Shown one piece after another: positions 53,166 to 64,000 of a DNA stretch of 64,000 bases. The stretch spans positions 33,728,001 through 33,792,000 of the forward strand of contig OX597824.1 of NCBI GenBank assembly GCA_951406725.2, in the 5' to 3' direction. The DNA comes from Octopus vulgaris. Its lineage: Eukaryota. The translations under genes and the position numbers were made by a program. Below the pieces are notes generated by a model that ran no database searches, was not told where the DNA came from, and saw only the letters and a program-made list of their open reading frames with translations. Positions within the stretch are counted from its first letter, which is position 1. Each line of letters starts with the position of its first letter.

Positions 53166-53205
<40 letters not shown>

Positions 53206-53404
53206 ATAACATATTCGGCAGGAAGAACTACGCAAAATACCACTAAGTACACACCTAGCTACGTGTGGAGAAGGAAAATTTAAGATATTTCCCTTCTTCT
53301 ACAAATGTCCGAAGAACGACACCTCTTTCAGGAGGAATATGGAAAAATATTTCATAGCTAAGTTCTCCCCCAAATTAAATGGCTGAAATTTTACTCATCA
53401 TACA

Positions 53405-53940
<536 letters not shown>

Positions 53941-54057
53941 ATTGAAAAAGATAGGACTACACAGCCACAGCAGGAAATGTATCAGGACATAAAATGTAAA
54001 AGCCGGACTGGACTATTTTATGCGCAACTCCAGTGTCTCCCGAGACAAAAAGGATGC

Positions 54058-54118
<61 letters not shown>

Positions 54119-54214
54119 TGATAATAATTTAATAATAAATAAAGGAAAATGTACGGTTACTCATCAATAATGAATGATATTGATTTAAGACGATGATGGT
54201 GAAAATAACGAAGG

Positions 54215-55360
54215 CAATGACAGCACAGTAAAGAAGATTTAAAACTCTTCAGGTGACGCCTCTTCTTCAGGTGTTTTAGGGTATGTCGTATCTTCGTGCA
54301 AGGCTTTCTTGGTGGGCTTGAGGAATATTGTGATGGGAAGTTGCTGTCGTTGTTTCTTCATAATGGTGAGAAGAGTTTTATACGTCTGCATAGCAGCATC
54401 GATAACATTTTTCAGTTAGTGAGACCGAACCATATAGGTATCACGTGCTCCTCTTCCTCTGAATCTGGCACTTCCTCCTCCTCTTTGCTGGCAGACTTCG
54501 TTAACTCGGGCATATCGTCTGTCAGGGTTTCAGTGTAGGCATCGATGAGGTCGTTGACCTCATCTTGTGTGATGTCTCAACATTCGCTACCATTTACCCC
54601 TGCCACTTCCACCGCATTGTTGACAGCCTCGTGCTGAATATCTTCAAGTGAGAAGCCCTCGTAGTCCTGGCCACACCCTGGCCATACCTTCTTCCAGCAT
54701 ACGATGAGGGTTTCGTTTTTCATGTCTTTAAGAGTAGCGTGGATGACTGAAACGTACGTTGCGATCATGAAGTTACGCCAGTACTCTTAACTTGAAATTC
54801 TCGTCCAAATCCATTGCATCCACAAGGTGTTGGAGAGAGTTCCAAATGTAAAGTGCCTTGAAGGCACAGATCATAAGCTGGATGGGGGAGGTGGTGTTGG
54901 CAGGGAGGAACTCGATTTGAACTCCCTCATGATTCAAATCCAAAGAGTGACCACCAACATTATCCATAACAGGCAACACATTGAATTCCATGCAAAGATT
55001 TTGGAGATATTCCTTGGCTTAAGGGATGAAGCCTTGGTGGAACCAATTCAAAGTTAGATTTTTGGTAATCCAGGCCTTGGGGTTGTAGATAAGTCCTGGT
55101 TTCGTCATGAAGCCAGAAGCATTAGCACATGTAATTAGCATCACTCTGTCCTTCTGTACCTTAAATGCTGGGGCTCTGGTTTCGTCCTTCGTTATTTCAC
55201 CATCATCGTCTTAAATCAATATCATTCATTATTGATGAGTAGCCGTAGGCATCTTCTTCCAGAACAAGCCAGTCTGGTCCATACTGAAAACCTGTTCAAG
55301 CTTGTATTCCTTGTCCCTGATGATCTACTTGAAGGTTTCGAGGTACTTCTCGGCGGCTTT
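54215..55360 (-). mobile_element. pogo/Tigger-type transposase remnant
   Basis: QVFSMDQTGLFWKKMP, RAPAFKVQKDRVMLITCANASG, VQIEFLPANTTSPIQLM, CWKKVWP. Confidence 0.85.
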
Positions 55361-56215
55361 TTTGTCGGCTTACCACCGATGGAAAATTGAGCTGAGATTC
55401 GAAATCGAATCTAAGGATTCTCGCTTGTCTGATCGACCACTGGCCAAACAGGCGCGAAAGAACTTTCTTTGTCCTGTCAAAAAGTGATGGATGGATTTCC
55501 CTTCGACCTACGACCTGACCTGTATCATTTAAGGTTCAAGTGGACAGGAGGCTACCTACATCGGTAGAATTTACTCCTGTGGTATGTCTGTCTTTCTAGC
55601 TGTCATGACCATCATAAATACAGTCAGACATACGACAGAAGCAGATAGCCACAGGCAAGAGAGCCATCACCAGGCAAACTGTCAAAAGAAGCCTTGCGCC
55701 AGTTAAGCAGCCAACAAAGAACCACATATTCAGCATGAAAGACCCAACGCAGTAGCAGAAGCAGAATGACACCACTGAATGATCAACACACACACACAGT
55801 CACAAAACACATCCGGTTCTACCTCATCATATCGACACACTATTTCCCCTGCTTTCTTCTTCGCCAACTCGAAGTAAGCTGGTAATGTCATGTAGTGAAT
55901 TTTTTGCTGTATACAATAAGAAAATGCAAGTGTCGTTATTATATAAACCACAATCCGATGCTTTACCAATGTTTTACTTTGATGTCGCCCACATGTCTCT
56001 TTCATCTGCTACCTCAACATCTTTTGCTACACCTTTCCCACAACACACACACACACGTATATAATATATATATATATAAATTAGATAAAAACCACTATTA
56101 TGTAATTCAAACAATGATAGATATAAACATATCATATAGACAAAATAATATATATGATAAAACATTTATCTAGATCACAAAAAGTACATAATAATAGATA
56201 AACAGTAAGTAGAAA

Positions 56216-56321
56216 GACAACGTACGTTTCGTGGCTATAACTTCAATTCAAATTAAAATTGAATTTAAAATTCATCGATCCCAACACAATTCAATTTAAA
56301 AGTATAGTCACTCCTCGGGTC
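56216..56321 (-). ncRNA. Hammerhead-like motif with a long helix II insertion
   Basis: gac-CCGAGGA-gtgactata ... tatagccac-GAAAc-gtac-GTT-gtc; palindromic GUAC loop in helix III; region flanked by a 25-bp direct repeat (56016, 56441). Confidence 0.55.
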
Positions 56322-56474
56322 AACAATAATAACAATAATAGTTAAATAAATACTTATTTTAATAAATAAATAATCAAACAATTAAACAATATTTCTTTAT
56401 GAAATAAAAATATATATGAGTGTGTGTGTGTGTGTGTGTGAACATCTTTTGCTACACCTTTCCCACTACATATG

Positions 56475-56511
<37 letters not shown>

Positions 56512-56622
56512 GTACGTACATACATACATACGCACACACACATACATACACACAGGCATACATGCATACATGCATACATACATACATGCATATATACTTA
56601 TATACATACATACATTCATACA

Positions 56623-56654
<32 letters not shown>

Positions 56655-56704
56655 CATACATATATATATATATTAGCCACACAGCTCGAATAAAGGTGAA
56701 TAAA

Positions 56705-57132
56705 ATCCAAATATGCAACAAGATATCATGTAGTGATGCAGTACGACCGTTTCAAGCGACATCATTTAATTGAACAATGCAGTCATTACATCAATTTAAA
56801 TGCAGTGCCATCTTCAGATGCACAAGTAAACATAAACAATTAATATTAATATTTTTTCTCAAATCTTTTAAGAGAGCAAGAAATTCATGTTGTCGTTGTT
56901 GTAGCTAAGAATAGACAAGGTAGTCTTGAATTTCTTCCATCTTCTTACTCTGTTAAAATATTTGAGAAAAATTATATTAATGTGTCCTACTGTTTAAAAT
57001 TCTATTTATTTATCTGTGCAGCTGATGGCACTACATTTAAATTGATGTAATGATTGCATTGTTCTATTAAATGGTGCCGCTTGAAACGGTCGTACTGCAT
57101 CACTACTTGATATCCTGTTGCTTATTTTGATT
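56705..57132. mobile_element. Inverted pair of pLTR-like repeats, each with a hammerhead-like motif
   Basis: Minus arm tgcat-CTGAAGA-tggcac ... GAAAc-ggtc-GTA-ctgca (56735-56822); plus arm 57017-57100 with a damaged core. Confidence 0.65.
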
Positions 57133-57133
57133 A

Positions 57134-57214
<81 letters not shown>

Positions 57215-57275
57215 TGGCATGCCTGTGTCGGTAAAAATTCTTGTGACTTATATTCTTAGAAAAAAATTAATCATA

Positions 57276-58459
57276 TCTATAAAAGGCAAGATGTGTGTGC
57301 GTGTGTGTGTAAATGTGTACGTGATTGTAATTTATGCACGTCCACAAATTAGCACGCATATCACCCAAATTTTAGGAGGACATTCGTCAACATCCTATCT
57401 GGGTTTTGTCAACTTATTTTTTTCCCGAGGCACCTGTGGATAGTGTAAAAATCTATTTTCAGCCATTTTCAACCATAGCTTTTAACCATAACAAATATCA
57501 GCCATTGCTTTTTTATGGCGTCTAACAAAAAAAATAAGATAAAGAAAAGTGGAAGGAGACAGAGAGTTTCACGGGAAAGACAAAGTGAGAAAGGGAGAGA
57601 GAAAGAGCCATTGCTTTTTTGACGGCGTCTAACACAAAAATAAGATAAAGAAAACTGGAAGGAGGCAGAGAGTTTCACGGGAAAACAAACTGAGAGAGGG
57701 AGAGAGAGAGAGAGAGTAAGTGACTATGTTCATAAAAAATAAAACGTAAAATGTTTTGTTTTTTTGTTTTTGAAAGACACACTATATTTTATAATCATAG
57801 TATATATACTTTCTGACACAACAATTACAATATATTTATTTTAAATCGTTCATCTTTCTCCCACCCCCAATCTCTCTCTCCCACACATTACTTTGGATGC
57901 GAAAGAGTTTTGTTTTTATTTTACGTCGAGTAAAAAAGTGTTTTGTTGACAATCCATTTATTTAACAACAAAGAAACAAAGAAGTGAGTAGCAATTTGTC
58001 AGTGAATTACACAATATAAATGGGTACAATTTGCGAGGCTTCTACCACACCCCACTCCATTTCACGGACCACAAAAAGGGTTCTGAGGCCAGAGTAGTTG
58101 ATTCCACGCAAAAAAAAAAACGATTTTTTTTCTTAGTGAAAATTGTGCGAGTGTTAATCTACAAATTTCTGTTTATGAACATGTATGCGTGCACAAAACA
58201 TGCAATAGGTGTACGTACGTACGTGTGTGTATGTGTGTTCGTGTCTGTTGCCCATATATATTTATATTATATATATATATAATATATATAATATAAATAT
58301 AATATATATATATATATAATATATATATATAATATAACTAATTTCAACGGATTTCGCCCAAATTTGACGTCTATATTACTTAGTTTGGTTTGAAATAAAG
58401 AACTTGATTAGCTTAATAATCGTAACTTAATCCCGCGCAAGGCCGGGTTATACTGCTAG
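57276..58459 (+). mobile_element. Non-autonomous Helitron
   Basis: 5' a|TCtataaaaggc; 3' hairpin cccgcgcaaggccggg followed by CTAG|t; internal duplication of about 105 bp (57500/57605). Confidence 0.75.
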
Positions 58460-58609
58460 TATCTTATAAAGACGAGAACTACAGTAGATGTTGCAAAGAC
58501 GCACTAATTAGTAAAATAAGAATGGTTTTAAATTTCCGCAGAGGGCCAGCATTTTGGAGCAAGTGGGTATTTAATAAGGTGTAGGTTTAATAAATGGTCA
58601 TAATTAATA

Positions 58610-59077
58610 TTTTACTTGTTTCAGTCATTAGACTGCAGCCATGATAGGACACTGCATTGAAAGGTTTTCTGTCTTACTCTTTTACTTGTTTCAGTCATGA
58701 GACTGTGGCCATGCTGGAGCACCGCCTTTAGTCGATCAAATCGATCCCAGGACTTATTCTTTGTAAGCCTAGTACTTATTTTATCGGTCTCTTTTTTGCC
58801 GAACCGCTAAGTTACGGGGACGTAAACACACCACCATCTGTTGTCAAGCGATGTTGGGGGACAAACACAGACACATAAACTCGCACATACATATATATAT
58901 ATATATACCTATATATGACGGGCTTCTTTCAGTTTCCTTCTACTAAATCCACTCGCAAGGCATTGGTCGGCCCGAGGCTATAGTAGAAGACACTTACCCA
59001 AGACGCCACGCAGTGGGACTGAACCCGGAACCATGTGGTTGGTAAGCAAGCTACTTTCCACACAGCCACCCCTACGC
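58610..59077 (-). mobile_element. Full-length SINE family A plus an extra tail fragment
   Basis: Reverse complement of 26650-27077; CpGs intact. Confidence 0.9.
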
Positions 59078-59080
59078 CTC

Positions 59081-59365
59081 TCGTGAGTTTCTCGCCAAAA
59101 ACATGGTACCGATTCCGCACCTGCCCTATTTGCTAGATTTACGAACTTCCATCTCTTCCCCCAAGACGAAAATGCAGCTCAAAAGTTGCCGTTTTAACAC
59201 CGTTGTCGAGATCCAGAACGAATGGCAGAAAGTCCCTCGACTCGTTTACGAAAAATGACTTCCAAGCCAGATTCCAAAAGCGACAGGAACGCTGGGACCA
59301 GTGTATTGCTGCGTAAGGAGACTATTTCAAAGCAGATGGGTGTTAAAATTTAGGTAAATAAGATA
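59081..59365 (+). mobile_element. mariner transposase C-terminal remnant
   Basis: PHLPY...FHLFPK.KMQLK..RFNTVVEIQ ... QERWDQCIAA.GDYF. Confidence 0.8.
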
Positions 59366-59438
59366 TTCTTTTATGCTTTACTCTTTCTTTCTCTCTTAGT
59401 CAATCGCAGCAAGAAATCCGTCAATATATACATGTTTG

Positions 59439-59853
59439 GGATCTTTTCCTTTTGAACGGCACATGTCAACACAATTTCTAGTTAACTACACACTTTAAAA
59501 CTTCGTATACTGGTAGAATGTGTCAAAATAAAACATTTTTTTTCTCTTGGCTTTCTTGATAAAATTGTAATTCGTTTGTTTAACGTAGTTTAATTTTTCG
59601 AATTTTAACCAATGAATCGCCTCTAATTGAGCTAAAATAATTTGCTGCGTCTAAAACTGAGACAACATCCTGTCACTAATCCTAAACCTCACCCTAACCC
59701 TAACCCTAACCCTAAATTTTGTTTTCTTAATTGCTAAATTAATTTAATTGTTACGCGTGTAAAAAAAAAAACGGAAGGCTAAAACGAAAGTTTTAAAGAG
59801 TTTAGTTAATTAGAGATTGTGTTGACATGTGCCGTTCAAAAGGAAAAAAATCC
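59439..59853. mobile_element. Merlin-like MITE with internal (CCCTAA)n
   Basis: TIR ggatcttttccttttgaacggcacatgtcaacacaat and its reverse complement; 8-bp TSD catgtttg/cgtgtttg. Confidence 0.88.
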
Positions 59854-60429
59854 CGTGTTTGTTTTGTGTGTATGTGTGTGTATGTGTGTGTGCGTGTATG
59901 TGTGTGTACGTGCGTGCGTGCGTGTGTGTGTGTGCGTGTGTATGTGTGTACTCCAAAATATAAATATAGATATAGATATAAATATAAATATGTATCTTGA
60001 CATATACATGTCCGCACATGAGTGTGTTTAAAATAAAAGAAAAAGAAAATAGAAAGTCGTTTAGCCAGTTTGGTTTGAGGATGGCGGCCCAAGGGTATAC
60101 GCACAAACACAGTATGAAGTTGCATTACAATGTATTTTAGCCACTGTTGAGATGAAAGCTATAGTTTGTTTAAGAGCTTGCCGGAAACGTACATGGAGTC
60201 GGATTGCTCCAACCTGGACGTGAAACCAAATGGATTTACTGTTTTCTATTCTATCCTATTCGAGTGTAGCTTTTGCATTTTATTATTTTTTTTTTTTTTT
60301 GCTTTTTTCTTTTCTCCTTCCTTCTTTTCTTCTTTTCCCGTCTGTTTCGTCTTTCAGTCGTTTGAGCGAGATTAATTTATTTACTTTATATCTGTAACGG
60401 TTTAGATTGATTTGGTAAACAATATAATA

Positions 60430-61111
60430 TGTTGATAATCAGCTGGTGTGACAATAAAATTTTTTTATTATAGTTGCATGATGTAAGATGTTAAAGATGA
60501 ACAATGCATGAAGTTTTAAGAAAGTATTTATTTACCGTTACGTTACAATTTGCCTTGCCTCGACGGGCAGGTATTGAAACATCCAAAAGCATGCGAAATA
60601 AAGTTTGTGTTCTCTTCATTGTTTAGTAGTAATTGCGGAGATAGATAGAATGATGTTGTAAGAGAACAGAATTACAGCTAGAGAGAATTGTAGGGTGTTG
60701 TCTCACAGTTGCTTTCTTCCCCTGGCCAAGGTTCTAGCCGGTCAGCCAGACTTCGTCGAGTCGTCACCAGCTGTGACTAACTCCGTTGAGTCGTCACGAT
60801 TGGGACGAACTGATTTTTGCTTGGGGTGTGCTTGCTTATATAAAGATCCAGAAGGATAGATACATCATTGAGAACAATAGATTTAGTTGGTGGTCTTGTT
60901 ATCTCTATTCTAGCTTTTGGTGAAGTAGAAGAGCTTAGAAAGGGTCAAGTGGTGAAGACATTATTTCGGTCTAGCTAAAGGAATCTGGAAAATGTAAAAC
61001 TGCTGTCAGAGAAAAACCATTATTCCACCGTGGAGAAAGTTCTGTTGCAGTGTTAATTTAAATTTGGCTGTGGTGTATCGAATCCACTTCATGCATCCAA
61101 GATTCGCAACA
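60430..61111 (+). mobile_element. Probable solo LTR
   Basis: Termini TGTTGataatc ... gattcgCAACA; TATA-like tatataaag near 60837; TSD not convincing. Confidence 0.45.
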
Positions 61112-61174
61112 TATCAAAGCTTCATAAACAATGCTCCTTTTTTTCCCCTACAGAGTATAGAGACGGGTCATTTT

Positions 61175-61450
61175 AGTCCTCTGGCTTGTGATGCAATGAC
61201 ATTGACAATGAGAGATTAAATCCTCAAGCAGTAATCCATCCATTTATCCATTCATTATCTATCCACTGTTCCTGGGAGGGTCTCGGAGGTAGAGCTTTCA
61301 GACACCTCATCCATAAGGTCCTATCAGAAGCAACCATCACTACACTTTCCGCCTGGATTCCCAAGCATGACCAACTAAGTCTATGGATATTGTCCAACCA
61401 TCTCATTCTTGGTCTACTCTTGAAGAATCCGTTTTGCGGTTCTTTCTTCT
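61175..61450 (-). mobile_element. LINE (RTE-like) 3' end fragment
   Basis: SRPRMRWLDNI ... VASDRTLW C-terminal motif. Confidence 0.6.
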
Positions 61451-61654
61451 TGTAATCCAATCACATTTAATATTTGCTTCTGAGATTAGTAGATTGATAT
61501 GAGAATGTATTTACTGACAGAGGGCAGCAGTTTTTAATTTCAAATGGAGATTTCAGGGGAATGTTTTTGAAATTCTTGTGACTCACCATTAGCACAGCCT
61601 GTCAATTTTGTAGCTTCAATAAGATGTGACATCATTTATTAAACTACCGTAAAG

Positions 61655-61920
61655 GTTTAGTGGTTTGGGTATTCGGTCAACGACTGTAAGGTCGTGCGTT
61701 CGAAACTTGGTAGTGCATGGTGTCCTTGAGCAAGACACTTCACTTCACGTTGCTCCACTCCATTCAGCTGGCAAAAATGAGCTGTACCAGCCTTGTCACA
61801 TCTTGTGTCACATTAAATCTGCCTGAAAACTAAGTTAAGATTACGCGTGTCTGTGGTGTACTCAGCCACTTGCACGTTAATTTCAAGTGCAAACTGTTCT
61901 CTTGATCGGGTAAACAGGAA
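61655..61920 (+). mobile_element. Degenerate SINE, family D
   Basis: ttagtggtttggg ... gttcgaaac ... gtgtccttgagcaagacacttcac. Confidence 0.65.
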
Positions 61921-62102
61921 CAGTGAAGTTATTTAACTATCAGCTTGGTACCATGGCACAAATGTGGAGCATTCAAGTTCCCAAGAAGAAGAGTTTAGGT
62001 ATCATTTCTTGGGTATATTAGAGTAGGTAGCTTCAGGGAGGTTGAATATCTGGAATGGATAGTTTGATGTTCTGTTGGGGGTTCTAAAACAGTTTTTACA
62101 GA

Positions 62103-62336
62103 CCTATTTCTTTACTACCCACAAGGGGCTAAACACAGAGAGGACAAACAAGGACAGACCAACGGATTAAGTCGATTATATCGACCCCAGTGCGTAACTG
62201 GTACTTAATTTATCGACCCCGAAAGGATGAAAGGCAAAGTCGACCTCGGCGGAATTTGAACTCAGAACGTAATGGCAGACGAAATACGGCTACGCATTTC
62301 GCCCGGCGTGCTAACGTTTCTGCCAGCTCACCGCCT
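62103..62336 (-). mobile_element. SINE family B
   Basis: Reverse complement of 31556-31787. Confidence 0.9.
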
Positions 62337-62479
62337 TAACACTCTTATTGATGTTCAATGACGGGATAGCCTTTAGTTTGGTAACGGATGAAATCGATTC
62401 TCTAATATCAGTCAAAGAATTTTCAAACATGTACAGCAACTTATTCTTCAACTTGTTCTTCAATCACTAATCAAACACC

Positions 62480-62936
62480 GGCGATCTTTCGTCTCTAATA
62501 GACCTTTCCGTCGATTTCCGTAAAAATTTTTTTTTTTTTTACATATGGGCTTGAGGGAACTTTTGAAGTAATATACATACATATACACATACACCGAGTA
62601 AAAAATTTCAGTTATCTCTTTCTTTCACACATTACTCTGTCTCTTCACACACACTAACAGAAGCACTTCACTTACACAACATACTGTCTGTCTCCCACAC
62701 CCCATCAAACACACACACACACACACACACGCACACACACGCACACACACATGTACATCAATGCTTCCCATGCATGGTAACTTCAAAAGAATTTCCCTCG
62801 TCATACAATCGCTTTCTCTTAGTCTCTTTCGCTCTCATTACTTCAAAAGTTCCCGCAAGCCCATATGTAAAAAAAAAAAAAAAAATTTTACGGAAATCGA
62901 TGGAAAGGTCTACTAGAGACGAAAGATTGCCCTGCC
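62480..62936. mobile_element. Merlin-like MITE with TIRs of about 90 bp
   Basis: ggcgatctttcgtctcta ... / ... tagagacgaaagattgcc; 8-bp TSD caaacacc (62472, 62937) with 5 extra nt at the right end. Confidence 0.82.
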
Positions 62937-63314
62937 CAAACACCTCGTGCAAAATCAGCTGTTTGTTGATAAGCTCTCGTGTTTGTCTACAGTTCGGAGC
63001 ACAAAAGACTAATGTCGCTGCTCTACAAGAGAAGACAAAGAACGTCGTTCATAAAGATTTGTTATAATGGGAGAGGATTACTTTGTGACGTCCATCCAAC
63101 AATATAAGAATATATCTGTGTAAAAGTAAGTATGTGTATATTCATGTGCTTACATACAAAACGCATACATAAATATATATATATATATATAAATATATTC
63201 GCGTGTGTGTGTGTGTGTGTGTATGTTTATGTATGTATGTATATGTATAAATATATATGCGTGGGCTGCGTGTAAGTGTACGTATACATACAAACACACA
63301 CACACACACATATA

Positions 63315-63350
<36 letters not shown>

Positions 63351-63450
63351 TGTGTGTGTGTGTGTGTAGTGGTACAACAAGGCACCAATATAAATATATA
63401 TTTGTGTGTGTATATATATATAAATAAACGTTCAATTAGAGGTTAAATAA

Positions 63451-63484
<34 letters not shown>

Positions 63485-63629
63485 CAAAATGGGACAAGAA
63501 CGCAAAACATCCGGACAACTAAGTGATACAAAAAGAGACAAGGACGGGTCATTCGAAGTTTTCTTTCTTCTGTCAAGCAGCAGATTATCCTCGCAATCCG
63601 GATGTTTTGCGTTCTTGTCCCATTTTGTA

Positions 63630-63703
<74 letters not shown>

Positions 63704-63773
63704 AACACACACAGACACATACATATATATATATATACTGATATATATATATATACTGATATATATATATATA

Positions 63774-63828
<55 letters not shown>

Positions 63829-63831
<3 letters not shown>

Positions 63832-64000
63832 GAGTGGCTGTATGGTAAGTAGCTGGCTAACCAACCACATGGTTCCGGGTTCAGTCCACTGCGTGGCATC
63901 TTGGGCAAGTGTCTTCTGCTATAGCCCCGGGCCGACCAATGCCTTGTGAGTGGATTTGGTAGACGGAAACTGAAAGAAGCCTGTCGTATATATGTGTATA
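63829..64000 (+). mobile_element. SINE family A, runs off the window end
   Basis: caggagtggctgtatggtaagtagc ... gaaagaagcctgtcg. Confidence 0.9.

Overview
AT-rich, repeat-saturated eukaryotic (animal) genomic DNA. The (TA)n/(TG)n microsatellite load, mollusc-type 5S rRNA, TTAGGG repeats and the RTE/SINE families suggest a coleoid cephalopod, probably Octopus (inference). There is no intact protein-coding gene. The long ORFs are either decayed transposon genes (RTE LINE 5.2-8.7 kb, Penelope-like RT + GIY-YIG 50.2-53 kb, Helitron helicase, mariner, maT, pogo/Tigger) or microsatellite artefacts. CpG depletion left of about 25 kb, a strong minus-strand donor at 30.4 kb and a few candidate small exons suggest that the left half is the methylated body of a minus-strand host gene with its promoter near 30.5 kb. 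Most notable observations: (1) a TSD-flanked, tRNA-headed short element ending in a hammerhead ribozyme with Penelope-style inverted architecture (24.1-24.5 kb); (2) ten hammerhead-like motifs, including non-canonical cores; (3) two independent 5S rRNA + tRNA-SINE head-to-tail fusions; (4) a set of GG-terminated MITEs with 8-bp TSDs (Merlin-like), some carrying internal telomeric repeats. All calls were made by eye and coordinates may be off by a few bases.
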